Shown in pieces: positions 19,827 through 29,310 of a DNA stretch of 64,000 nt; the first letter of the stretch is position 1; every line of letters begins with the position of its first letter. Where the stretch lies: assembly GCA_015057705.1 (NCBI GenBank), contig SVDU01000016.1, positions 849 to 64,848 on the forward strand. Reading direction: 5' to 3'. Source of the DNA: Paenibacillaceae bacterium. Its GTDB lineage: Bacteria; Bacillota; Clostridia; Lachnospirales; Lachnospiraceae. The translations under genes were made by a program, and so were the position numbers. A model generated the notes under the pieces. That model made no database searches. It saw only the letters and a program-made list of their open reading frames with translations, and was not told where the DNA came from.

Positions 19827-20192
19827 TTAATCTGCCAGGTCATTTCCATAATAAAAACAGAATGCTTCGTACGTACTTTTTCCATTCAGTTTTTTTCTTC
19901 TATAGGATTTGATATGATCCATCATCAGATCCATATTTTCAAAGACCTGATTCTGTTCCTCTTCGGTCATGGAGTCTAACTTTTCATTGCTTTGGTCCAT
20001 GGCCTCATTTCTCCAAAGACGTCTGGCTTCTACTTCATAAGGGTTCTGTTTTTTCCCAAACCCATAAAATTTTTCTGATTGCGTCATTGTTTTATCTCCC
20101 TTCCATGATTTCATTGTCTTATCAAGAGTTTTCAGCATGGCATTAATACGCTTTTGTTCCAGCAGCAGATAGTCCCGTCGCAGTACGTTCAT
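19827..20192 (-). pseudogene. MerR/TipA(Mta)-family fragment lacking the HTH (middle part only)
   Basis: LEQKRINAMLKTLDKTM...EKFYGF...NPYEVEARRLW matches the TipA/Mta coiled-coil and TipAS start; MN start is fused directly to it. Confidence 0.7.
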
Positions 20193-20258
20193 AGAAGATA
20201 CCTCCTGATATTTACAATCATAGAGTATGACGCAGCGTTGTAGTCAATCCTTTTTTTA
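20187..20258 (-). repeat. 72-bp MerR-type promoter/RBS/start, copy A
   Basis: TTGACT-19 bp (dyad ACGCtGCGT)-TATGAT, RBS AGGAGG, ATGAAC; 71/72 identical to 25806-25877. Confidence 0.9.
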
Positions 20259-20318
20259 ATTATTTCTCAACTCTACTTCCTGAAATTTAACCGCATGGGG
20301 TATTTTTTACTGTCACGC

Positions 20319-20365
20319 AAAAAGGATAAGAATAGAAAGCTATTATACCTTCCATTCTTATCCTT
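20319..20365 (-). terminator. Terminator, diverged copy of 40409-40460
   Basis: AAGGATAAGAAT...ATTCTTATCCTT stem. Confidence 0.7.
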
Positions 20366-20379
20366 ATCACTCTTTCAAA

Positions 20380-20600
20380 TTATAGCCAAAATAAAATTAT
20401 ATCCACTACAAAAAATGCCAAAATAATTGCTACTTTCTTCCCGGTTATTATTGTGTTCTCCAGATTCTGAGCTATAATAGTTAATAACAAAATATTATAT
20501 GCCAACATGGAAAAACGTTCGCTCCAGATATATTTTATATAAATGGCAGGCGGTAAAAGTGACTTTAAATCAGAAATCGGCAGGCTCTGGAAACTTAAGA
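20380..20600 (-). pseudogene. 5'-truncated paralog of the small membrane protein at 40472-40750
   Basis: Hand translation LSFQSLPISDLKSLLPPAIYIKYIWSERFSMLAYNILLLTIIAQNLENTIITGKKVAIILAFFVVDIILFWL*; 56/72 identities by hand alignment; no start codon. Confidence 0.8.
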
Positions 20601-20606
20601 TGAGAC

Positions 20607-21236
20607 TTATAATATTTTATTTTTCATTAATTCGATATCATAAACAAGAATTTCCTTGGCACGCTCAAAATCCCCGTCTTCAATGGCATTTACAAGCTTA
20701 AAATGATCGTAATCGCCTTCCTCTTTGTTCTCCCATACTTTTATAAAATACTGATTGGCAATCAGGGTACATAATCGTAAGGAATCATTCAATGACTTTT
20801 GTAAATACCGGTTCCCGCAAAATCCGCAAAGGGCTTTATGAAATTTCTGATTCTGGTCCCAGTGAGCTTTAATATCCTGGCATTCAATAATTTTAGCTGC
20901 TTCTTCATTGAGTTCACGGAGTTCATTTAACTGTGCATCCGATATCTTATCGAAACACCGTTCCAGTGCTCCCACCTCGATTATCTTCCGGAATTCTATG
21001 GTTTCTACAATTTCCCCTGGTGTTATTAAAGACAGCTGATATCCAAAACGGGGGATATTATTAAGCACACCTTCACCGCACAGCTGAACCAGCGCTTCTC
21101 TGACAGGTGTCTTGCTTACCTGATATTTATCTATTAAATTCTTCTCGTTGATAATCTCGTTTGCCTGGTACACACCGTCCAGAATATCCTTTAATATTCC
21201 CTCATATACCTGGGTTTTTATCGACTGTCCCTGCAT
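20607..21236 (-). CDS. GntR family (FadR/FCD) transcriptional regulator
   Basis: YQVSKTPVREAL HTH; FHKAL FCD motif. Confidence 0.9.
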   Translation of the reverse strand: MQGQSIKTQVYEGILKDILDGVYQANEIINEKNLIDKYQVSKTPVREALVQLCGEGVLNNIPRFGYQLSLITPGEIVETIEFRKIIEVGALERCFDKISDAQLNELRELNEEAAKIIECQDIKAHWDQNQKFHKALCGFCGNRYLQKSLNDSLRLCTLIANQYFIKVWENKEEGDYDHFKLVNAIEDGDFERAKEILVYDIELMKNKIL

Positions 21237-21285
21237 CTTGTTTTATTTCCTTTCCCTTTGCTTCAAAATACAAATGCTTACCCAC

Positions 21286-22125
21286 TCACCCCTTTACAGC
21301 ACCGGCCATTGCACCAGCCTTTTGTAAAGTCTGCAGTAATAAATATAGCACAACAATTGGTATAATTACAAGTGTCGTTCCTGAAAGAATAACAGGCCAG
21401 GGAGTGGAAAGGCCTTCACTGACCGGAAGCAGCGAAATGGTTACCATGAGAGTATATTTAACCTGCTTTCTTAAATAAAGGACCGGCCAGAAAAAATCAT
21501 TCCACCTTGCAATCAAAGTAACTGCTGCCCAGGAAGCCAGAGCGGGCTTGATAACAGGAAGAATAATCTTAATAAAGATCATAAAATCCTTACATCCGTC
21601 TATTTTTGCAGCTTCCACCAATTCATCGGGAACGTCACAGATATACTGGTGCATATAAAAAATACCCACTGCAGTTGCAATTCGGGGAATTACCAGAGAC
21701 CACAGACTGTTGATTAAATTTAGTTTTTTCATAATTACAAATAGTGGAACTGCCCCAGTCTCAGGCGGCACAAGCATTGTTGCTATTACAAAATAGAACA
21801 GAAAGTCCCTGCCTGGAAACTTATATTTTGCAAAAGCAAAACCAGCAAGTGAACAAAAGAAAAGGGAGGTTACCGTACCCATAATTGTGGTGAAGATACT
21901 GTTAAAAGCATTTTGTAAAACAGGTATGGTTTCAAACAGGCGTCTGTAATTTTCAAACGCAGGGTCAGATACCCATATGGAATGTATTCCGCTCATTGTT
22001 TCGGAGGACGGTTTGAGTGAAATCAGGCACATCCACAATATAGGCATGATGCATAGGAATGATATGATAATCAGTATCGTATGAATAAAGAATGATACTG
22101 TTGTTTGTTTTCTTCTATATGCCAT
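21286..22125 (-). CDS. Carbohydrate ABC transporter permease
   Basis: ELVEAAKIDG EAA motif; WNDFFWP. Confidence 0.9.
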   Translation of the reverse strand: MAYRRKQTTVSFFIHTILIIISFLCIMPILWMCLISLKPSSETMSGIHSIWVSDPAFENYRRLFETIPVLQNAFNSIFTTIMGTVTSLFFCSLAGFAFAKYKFPGRDFLFYFVIATMLVPPETGAVPLFVIMKKLNLINSLWSLVIPRIATAVGIFYMHQYICDVPDELVEAAKIDGCKDFMIFIKIILPVIKPALASWAAVTLIARWNDFFWPVLYLRKQVKYTLMVTISLLPVSEGLSTPWPVILSGTTLVIIPIVVLYLLLQTLQKAGAMAGAVKG

Positions 22126-22136
22126 GTTTTATTCTC

Positions 22137-23006
22137 CTATATTTTTTCCTGTTTTCTACGGGCTATGAGCTGCACCACAGAGATTGCCGCCAGGATCAGA
22201 ATGAGAATCACGCCGATTGCAGACGCATATCCCATATTAAAGATATTGAATCCTGACTCATACATATATTGGAACAGCGAAGTATTTGATGTTCCCGGTC
22301 CTGGCAGGATATAGGATTCATTAAAGAGTTTCCAGCTGTCAACCGTCAGGGTAATGGAACAGAAAAACAAAATGTTTCCTAAAGACGGCAGCGTAATGCA
22401 GCAAAACTGCTTCCACATATTCGCACCATCAACGGTTGCCGCTTCATAATAGTCTCTTGGAATATTTAAAAGACCAGAAAAAATGATCATGGTAAACCAT
22501 GGGGTATTTCTCCACACATTTAAAATAATAACTGGAATCTTGGAAAATGTTGTGCTGGTAAGCCAGGGAACCTTTCCTATTCCCATGGCTTTCAGCACTT
22601 CGTTAATCAAACCGGCATTCTCGTCAAAGAGCATGCGAAAAATCAAACCCATGGCTATGGCAGCACAGATATTGGGCAGAAATGTGACCGTCTTAAAAAA
22701 GGTACTCCCTTTTAAATGCCCGTAATTTAACAGACTTGCGATGACTACAGCCAGAAACATGATAATAATCAGACCAGAGATCCAATACACCACAGTATTT
22801 TCAAGGGCTGCCCAGAACATATTATCAATGAAGAGCTTTTTGTAATTTTCTAACCCGCAAAACTCCGGTGCACCAATTCCTTTCCAGTTGGTAAGGCTGA
22901 TGTAGAATGTCCAGACTGTGGGGATCAGCTGGAACATGAAAAATAAAAGAAAAAACGGCAGAATAAACAGGTATGGAATTTTATTTTTCCTTATGATCTG
23001 CAGCAT
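22137..23006 (-). CDS. Carbohydrate ABC transporter permease
   Basis: DYYEAATVDGA EAA motif; GYASAIG. Confidence 0.9.
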   Translation of the reverse strand: MLQIIRKNKIPYLFILPFFLLFFMFQLIPTVWTFYISLTNWKGIGAPEFCGLENYKKLFIDNMFWAALENTVVYWISGLIIIMFLAVVIASLLNYGHLKGSTFFKTVTFLPNICAAIAMGLIFRMLFDENAGLINEVLKAMGIGKVPWLTSTTFSKIPVIILNVWRNTPWFTMIIFSGLLNIPRDYYEAATVDGANMWKQFCCITLPSLGNILFFCSITLTVDSWKLFNESYILPGPGTSNTSLFQYMYESGFNIFNMGYASAIGVILILILAAISVVQLIARRKQEKI

Positions 23007-23054
23007 ACTGATTCTCCTTCACTTTCTGGGGAGAGATAAGCTCTCCCCATTCAT

Positions 23055-24479
23055 TTACTTCATTATCTTTGCCTGTCCGATTTTTGCCTTTAGGTTTTTA
23101 TCCATATTTGCAATTGCCTGTTCCATAGTCTGGTTGCCTGCTACATAGGTTTCTAATTCTGCTGATATGATCTCATCTGCTTCTGCATCCTGTGGTGTAA
23201 TAACTAAATTGGCCGCACCATTTTCAAGACACTTTCCTTCCATTTCCCTGAAAGACTGTCCTCCGTAGTAGTCAGACGGTGCTTTCCAGAAATCATCCTG
23301 AAGCAGTTTTAAACAAATGGGATTGGCGTAAGGTGCATTCTGTTTTTCCATGGATTTTACCCAGGTATTTCTGGACTCTGCATCAAACTGGAAATCATGC
23401 CACAGCTGTTCCAGCAAGCCAGCATATACATTGTCACCTTTGTTAACAATACAAAAATAAGAAGATACAGGTGCGCCCGCTTTTCCCACTGATTCAAATT
23501 CCGGAGATGCCATAACTCTCCATTTTCCAGAAGTTGCTCCGCAGTTCTTTCTTAAAAATTCGTCCCAGAAAGCCCCGATGTAAAAGGTTGCCACCTGCCC
23601 ATTATTGATGGCATCATATAATGCAGGCTCCATAATCTCGGATTTAAGCAGAAGTCCCTGCTGATACATGGTATCCAAAGTTCCAAGCGCAAGCTTGGCT
23701 CCCTCATCCTGGCCGATCACAACATTGCCTGATTCATCCCAGATTTTAGCGTTTGCCTGCGGCATTAACCCTCTTCTTCCCCAGTATCTCCAGGTTTTGC
23801 TTCCGGGGCTGATATAGGATAAATAAACAGTGCCGTTGCTTTTTTCCTTTAGGAGTTTTCCAGCTTCCATGTAACCGTCAAAGGTGCTCATCATGGCTGG
23901 ATCAATTCCGTACTTATCAAAAATTTCTTTATTATAGAACAACACATTGGGTCTGACTGATTCCGGTAATCCGTAAGTATGTCCATTTACTGTTGCATCA
24001 TTGGCTGCACCATCAACCAGATCTTTTAAATAAGGCTGTAAAAATTCTGTTTCATCCTTCAGTAATCCGCCCTGTGATAATTCCATAATGTTAACGGGGT
24101 CTAAATAAGTTGCATCTGGCAGATCATCCACCGCTCCTGATAAAGCAGTCATGGTGATCTTCTCACGGCTCTTGGCATGCCCTTCAGTCTGAACGATGCT
24201 GATCTTTACATCAGGCGCAATGTCTTTGTGCCGTTCCAGCCATGCATCAAAATATTCCTGAAGATATTGTGGCTGACCGGTTCCGTAAATGGTGATTGTA
24301 CCCGACGGATATACCGTTTCCTTGGAAGCAGCTTCCGTTCCTGCCTCCGCCTTCTTGATTTCCTGTGCCTTCTCTTCTTTTGGAACATTGCTTCCACCAC
24401 AGCCTGCAAGTGTTGACAGAACCATGGTACCTGTTAATAGTGCTGCAATCATTTTCTTTCGCATAACAAACCCTCCCAA
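23055..24479 (-). CDS. Sugar ABC transporter substrate-binding lipoprotein
   Basis: Lipobox LAGC; YGLP...LFYNKEIF. Confidence 0.88.
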   Translation of the reverse strand: MGGFVMRKKMIAALLTGTMVLSTLAGCGGSNVPKEEKAQEIKKAEAGTEAASKETVYPSGTITIYGTGQPQYLQEYFDAWLERHKDIAPDVKISIVQTEGHAKSREKITMTALSGAVDDLPDATYLDPVNIMELSQGGLLKDETEFLQPYLKDLVDGAANDATVNGHTYGLPESVRPNVLFYNKEIFDKYGIDPAMMSTFDGYMEAGKLLKEKSNGTVYLSYISPGSKTWRYWGRRGLMPQANAKIWDESGNVVIGQDEGAKLALGTLDTMYQQGLLLKSEIMEPALYDAINNGQVATFYIGAFWDEFLRKNCGATSGKWRVMASPEFESVGKAGAPVSSYFCIVNKGDNVYAGLLEQLWHDFQFDAESRNTWVKSMEKQNAPYANPICLKLLQDDFWKAPSDYYGGQSFREMEGKCLENGAANLVITPQDAEADEIISAELETYVAGNQTMEQAIANMDKNLKAKIGQAKIMK

Positions 24480-24493
24480 ATTGTTAGTTTTTT

Positions 24494-25453
24494 CTACACT
24501 TCTCTGGCTGCAACTGTAATTGCTTTGATTCTTTCATAAGGTATCTCAGTTGGTAATGTACAGTCTGCCCCCAGTATAAATGCCGTCTTTCCATAATCCC
24601 TTATCACACTCTTTGCTTCTGCCTTAAGCTCTTCTATGGTACCCTCAACCATAACTCCGCTCCTGTTTCTCAATCCCCCCATTACAGTTGTACCTGGAAA
24701 TAACTCTCTTCCCTGCTCCAGGCTAAATTCAGTTTCGTAAACTCCCCAGTTTACTACATCTGCCAGTTCGTTGTAGGATGCATAGCGGTTCATGTTTAAA
24801 TGATCCTTACACATATGTAGGAAATTAATACCTCCTGCCTCCTTTGAAGCCTTGAGAATCTGTTTGTCAAATGGTTCGATGAACTCTGCAAATTCTTCAT
24901 CTGTAAAATAATGTCGTTCTCCTCCTAATGCTGCATAATAAATACCATCTAATCCCAAATCATGATACTTAACTGCCAGCTGGCATAATACATCCGTAAT
25001 TCTTTTAAAAGCGTCTACCACCGGCGCAGGATTTTCTCTTAAATGGGTACAGATTAATTCTCTCGTCTTTACATATCCATATCGACTTTCGTTTGGGTGA
25101 ATCGCAGAGGCACAGATTCCGTGAAGCGTACCCAGTGAAAAAGCTTCCCCATCCGCCTTCTCCATTATTCTTTTTACCAGTTCTATCTGTTTCAACATAA
25201 ATGTATCATTCATGGAATAAACCGGAATTTGATTCCAGTCATCTGGTGTTTTAATTACACCTGCGTCAGGAATGAGGTTTTCATTCATAATTTTAATGAT
25301 GTCAGTATCTGTTTCTGTAAAAAATTTCAGATGTGATGAAATTCCTCTATCTCCATGCTCTTCTCCTTCAGGAAAATGCAAAGAAAAGCCGGTAGGTACA
25401 TGATCCACCTCTTTCCCCTGTATTGCCGCAATCAAACGTTCTCTTTTATTCAT
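24494..25453 (-). CDS. Uroporphyrinogen decarboxylase (UroD/MtaA-CmuA) family protein
   Basis: MNKRERLIAAIQGKEVDHVP, LHMC, FILGADCTLP motifs. Confidence 0.8.
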   Translation of the reverse strand: MNKRERLIAAIQGKEVDHVPTGFSLHFPEGEEHGDRGISSHLKFFTETDTDIIKIMNENLIPDAGVIKTPDDWNQIPVYSMNDTFMLKQIELVKRIMEKADGEAFSLGTLHGICASAIHPNESRYGYVKTRELICTHLRENPAPVVDAFKRITDVLCQLAVKYHDLGLDGIYYAALGGERHYFTDEEFAEFIEPFDKQILKASKEAGGINFLHMCKDHLNMNRYASYNELADVVNWGVYETEFSLEQGRELFPGTTVMGGLRNRSGVMVEGTIEELKAEAKSVIRDYGKTAFILGADCTLPTEIPYERIKAITVAAREV

Positions 25454-25481
25454 CTAGTTTTTCCCAGCCTTTCTTCTGTTC

Positions 25482-25519
25482 ATATTACTGATATTATCAG
25501 TAATATTACCAGTTGTCAA
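25482..25519 (-). promoter_or_regulatory. Sigma-A promoter with overlapping 12-bp perfect palindrome (probable GntR operator)
   Basis: TTGACA (25514-25519)-17 bp-TAATAT (25491-25496); ATATTACTGATA-T-TATCAGTAATAT at 25482-25506. Confidence 0.75.
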
Positions 25520-25602
25520 TAGGTGCTCTTTTTAATCTATATTTTCTATATTAGTAACAATAAATGAACTTATTTTTGTGCATTCTATACATTTTTCATG
25601 CC

Positions 25603-25654
25603 AAAAAAAAGTACCGCCTCACCCAATTAAAAATCGGGTGGTCGGTATTTTTTT
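25603..25654 (-). terminator. Intrinsic terminator
   Basis: TACCG..CACCC...GGGTG..CGGTA stem flanked by A/T runs. Confidence 0.65.
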
Positions 25655-25811
25655 AGCTGCTCTTCTGGCTGTCTGCATAATATCCCATCGCTCTACTTAA
25701 AAATTCCGATAATCCCTCTGCATACTGATCTATATTCTGAGTAAAGCGTGAGCCTTATATATAAAGCTGGCCCAGGCCTGCAAATGTTTCCACTGCTTCC
25801 CTGGTGTTCAT
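25653..25811 (-). pseudogene. MerR/TipA-family fragment (start fused to TipAS C-terminus, internal stop)
   Basis: MNTREAVETFAGLGQLYI*GSRFTQNIDQYAEGLSEFLSRAMGYYADSQKSS* resembles the TipAS C-terminal F.GLG..Y..D.RF..NID...GL..F motif. Confidence 0.7.
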
Positions 25812-25877
25812 AGAAGATACCTCCTGACATTTACAATCATAGAGTATGACGCAGCGTTGTAGTCAATCCTTTTTTTA
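25806..25877 (-). repeat. 72-bp MerR-type promoter/RBS/start, copy B
   Basis: 71/72 identical to 20187-20258 (offset 5619 bp). Confidence 0.9.
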
Positions 25878-25970
25878 TATTATCTTTCTATCAACCTAAT
25901 ATACACAAAAAAAACGAACCTCCCACCCAATAATTTCCATCGGGCGGAGCGGTTCATTTCAGTTTCCAAT

Positions 25971-26678
25971 TCATAAATCTTTTACTGCCTTTAAATATGA
26001 GTTCATATGGTTTTGAAAAGCGTATAGTGTTTTGTCAAGAGATCCTGAGCGGCATGCATCAATAATTAACTTATGTTCGTCAAATTTTTCTTTCTTAATA
26101 CCTAATGTGGAGATATCCTTATTCATTGCAATCAGCAATTGAAAATATTGATTTTCTAAAATTTCAGCCCGCCTGAAGCTCTTTGACTTTTTCCAGAAAA
26201 ATTCATGAAAAGCCAGGTCATTTGAATTAAAAATAAAGTTCTTTTCCTTATCACCAATGACATTGTCACTATCCGACTTTATCATATCATTATTTAAAGT
26301 CTCCAGATAATCTAAATCCTGCTCCTGCAACAGGGATTTTTCAAAAATTATGGTAAGAATCTGCATTTCAAGTGGAATCCTTATGGAAAAGACCTCTGTA
26401 ATATCTTCATAATCCATCTCTAAAATCTGGCTGCCCTTCTTAGGAGAAAAAGTCAGGATCCCCCTCATATTAAGTTCTCTTAAAGCCTCTCTGATAGGTG
26501 CCCTGCTGATCTGTAGTTCTTCCGATACATCGGTTTCCACTAATCTGTCACCGCTTTTTAATTCTCCAGTCAAAATCTTGTTTTTAATATAGGAAACTAC
26601 AATTTCACTTAGATTTGCCTTTGAATATGTAATCATATGGCTTATTTTATCGTATGAATTACTTATCATAATATCCAC
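25971..26678 (-). CDS. GntR family (FCD) transcriptional regulator
   Basis: LQISRAPIREAL HTH; DLAFHEF. Confidence 0.9.
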   Translation of the reverse strand: MDIMISNSYDKISHMITYSKANLSEIVVSYIKNKILTGELKSGDRLVETDVSEELQISRAPIREALRELNMRGILTFSPKKGSQILEMDYEDITEVFSIRIPLEMQILTIIFEKSLLQEQDLDYLETLNNDMIKSDSDNVIGDKEKNFIFNSNDLAFHEFFWKKSKSFRRAEILENQYFQLLIAMNKDISTLGIKKEKFDEHKLIIDACRSGSLDKTLYAFQNHMNSYLKAVKDL

Positions 26679-26745
26679 CTCTCAATATAGATTCTATCAC
26701 TAACAGAATATTATACTATAGATGTAAGACAAATCATATGAATAA

Positions 26746-27651
26746 TTAAATATTCTGACAATACTTTTTAGCAAAATTAATAAACAATTCCTGAGCAGGA
26801 GTTAAAATCATATCTTTTTTCTGTACACAAAAAATATTTCTGCTTAACAATTCCGATTCGATTTCCACAACGTTAATCAGATTCAAATGATTGTAGATCT
26901 GTACTGCTGTTTTTGAAACAAAAGAAATTCCCATTCCCTGTGCTACAGCTTCGATAATTCCCTGAGTATTACTAAAATATGCAATGGTTTTTAAATCTTT
27001 TGCTGAAAGGCCATGCTTACTAAAAAATGCTTCCATCTCTGATCTGGTACCAGATCCCCCTTCTCTCATAATAAAATTTTTTTCTGCAATAAATTTTATT
27101 ATCTCCTCTGCCTTCCGGCTGCCGTCGTACTTCATTGCTATGGGTAATATCAAAACCAATTGATCTTTATATAATGGCGTCTGCGTATAACGACTGTTAT
27201 CACTTTCCATCCCTACAAATCCGATATCATACTGGTATTTAATCAGTTCCTCAAAGACTTCGCCGCTGTCTTTCTGATATAAATGGAACAGGATATTGGG
27301 ATATTCCTTATTGAAATCTGCTATCACCTGAGGCAAAATATACTGAGCCGGAACACTGGAGGCTAAAATGTTGACTTCACCAGTACATTCTCTTGAAAAC
27401 TTACTCATTTCATACAAAGACTGATCCCTGATAGCCAGCATTTTTTGAGCATACTCATAGAAATGGATCCCTGCCTTGGTGGGATATACCTTCTTTGTGG
27501 AACGGATAAACAATTGAGTTCCAATATCTTTTTCCAGTGCATTAATCTGGCTGCTCAGTGCCGGCTGAGTTAAGAATAAGGATTCAGAGGCCTTTGAAAA
27601 ACTTTGAAGCTTTGAAATCTGCACGAATGCTTCTAATTGTTTAAATTCCAT
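26746..27651 (-). CDS. LysR family regulator (resembles selenium-metabolism-associated/CysL type)
   Basis: FSKASESLFLTQPALSSQI HTH; REGGSGTR; adjacent to the sel genes. Confidence 0.85.
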   Translation of the reverse strand: MEFKQLEAFVQISKLQSFSKASESLFLTQPALSSQINALEKDIGTQLFIRSTKKVYPTKAGIHFYEYAQKMLAIRDQSLYEMSKFSRECTGEVNILASSVPAQYILPQVIADFNKEYPNILFHLYQKDSGEVFEELIKYQYDIGFVGMESDNSRYTQTPLYKDQLVLILPIAMKYDGSRKAEEIIKFIAEKNFIMREGGSGTRSEMEAFFSKHGLSAKDLKTIAYFSNTQGIIEAVAQGMGISFVSKTAVQIYNHLNLINVVEIESELLSRNIFCVQKKDMILTPAQELFINFAKKYCQNI

Positions 27652-27745
27652 ATGACCCTCTTCTTTCTAAAAACACAGCCCGATTGTGCCTGCACTTTAA
27701 CAGAAAAAAGAATGCAGGCACCTCAGGCGTTTTAACGTTTAAATT

Positions 27746-29206
27746 TTATTTCTTTTTTGGGGCTTCCTTTCTCAGTTCCTTTATCAGGCATACACAGCAT
27801 AAAAGCATGATAATGGCCAGTGGAAAAGCGGCTACTATGGAACAGGTCTGAAGTGCACTAAGTCCGCCTGTCATTAACAGAACCAGTGCCAGCAGAGCCT
27901 GAATTACTCCCCAGAATATTTTTTTGCGGTTGTCCGGTTCCATGTCGCCATCAGAAGAAAACATGGATAATACAAAAATACCTGAGTTGGCTGATGTAAT
28001 AAAAAATGTCCCCAAAAGACAAATTGCTATAATTGAAAAGAAACGGCCAAGTGGATACTGTTGTAAAACCACAAACAATGCGGTTTCTGTTGTTTCAATT
28101 GCTTTTGAAATAATGTTGTTATCCAGATTTAATCCAAGACTTCCGAAAACAGAAAACCAGATAAAGGATACTAAGGATGGAGCCAGAATAACCCCGATAA
28201 CAAACTCCCGAATGGTTCTCCCTTTCGATATTCTGGCAATAAATGTGCCTACAAAGGGTCCCCATGCAATCCACCATGCCCAATAGAATATGGTCCATGA
28301 ACCAAGCCATGACTTATCCCCGAATGGATTTATGGCGAAACTGTCTTTTACAAAATCATTCACATAATTACCGATGGAATTTGTAAAAACATTCAGAGTC
28401 AGAAGTTTGGGACCAACAAGAAACGCCCCAGCCAGAATTACAATTGCCAGGATCAGATTGATATCAGACAGCAGTTTGATGCCCTTGTCAATTCCGCTTA
28501 CAGCTGTCCAGGTGTAAATAACCATCAGAACAATGATGATAATGATCTGGATCAATCGGGTCGTGGGCACATGAAACAGGAAATTCAGCCCGGAATTGAT
28601 CTGCATGGTCCCTTGACCCAGAGAAGTTGCAATTCCGGCTACCGTCGCAAAAACTGCGAAAATATCGATCATTTTTCCAATAGGTCCTTTGATTCCTTTT
28701 TCACCAAGTATTGGTAAAAAGATACTGCTGATCAGACCAGGAGCATTTTTTCTGAACTGAAAATACCCAAGTGCCATACCAATAATAGCATATGCTGCCC
28801 ATGGATGAAAACCCCAATGCATAAAAGATTTTTTCATTGCAAAATCTGCTGCTGCTTCCGTTGCTCCAAATGTCATATAGTGATTGAGTGGTTCCGCAAC
28901 GCCCCAGAAAACCAGCCCAATACCCATTCCAGCACCAAAAAGCATGGCAAACCACGATCTGTTGCTGAATTCCGGAACGGAATCATCCGGTCCCAGTTTA
29001 ATACTTCCATATTTGCTGAATGCTACTCCTAAAGAAAATGCAACAAACACAAACATGGAAATCAAATAAAACCACCCCAAATTATTAACAAGAAAATCAT
29101 TTGCTGCCGATGTAGCCGTTGCAAATGCCTGGGGCGCAACCAGACCAAACGCAACAATTGTTAAAGTAATAAGAAACGAAATGTAAAAAACCTGATTCTT
29201 CTTCAA
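27746..29206 (-). CDS. BCCT family transporter (glycine betaine, OpuD/GrdT-like)
   Basis: WFAMLFGAGMGIGLVFWGVAEP, WTIFYWAWWIAWGPFVG, ARISKGRTIREF. Confidence 0.93.
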   Translation of the reverse strand: MKKNQVFYISFLITLTIVAFGLVAPQAFATATSAANDFLVNNLGWFYLISMFVFVAFSLGVAFSKYGSIKLGPDDSVPEFSNRSWFAMLFGAGMGIGLVFWGVAEPLNHYMTFGATEAAADFAMKKSFMHWGFHPWAAYAIIGMALGYFQFRKNAPGLISSIFLPILGEKGIKGPIGKMIDIFAVFATVAGIATSLGQGTMQINSGLNFLFHVPTTRLIQIIIIIVLMVIYTWTAVSGIDKGIKLLSDINLILAIVILAGAFLVGPKLLTLNVFTNSIGNYVNDFVKDSFAINPFGDKSWLGSWTIFYWAWWIAWGPFVGTFIARISKGRTIREFVIGVILAPSLVSFIWFSVFGSLGLNLDNNIISKAIETTETALFVVLQQYPLGRFFSIIAICLLGTFFITSANSGIFVLSMFSSDGDMEPDNRKKIFWGVIQALLALVLLMTGGLSALQTCSIVAAFPLAIIMLLCCVCLIKELRKEAPKKK

Positions 29207-29310
29207 TTTTACCCTCCTCTTTAAAATAACCGTATGCCGTTTTCCTGCAATCCGATTTTATGTGACAGGAAACCTGCCTGGCAAAAGCAGATTTCCCGCC
29301 ACATAAAAAA

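Noticed and set aside
19642-19830. 62-aa plus-strand ORF
   Set aside because: No RBS or recognisable motif; lies in a decayed region.
27668-27681. 14-nt match TAAAAACACAGCCC to the yjdF RNA 5' end
   Set aside because: The rest of the motif is absent and the strand context is wrong; most likely chance.
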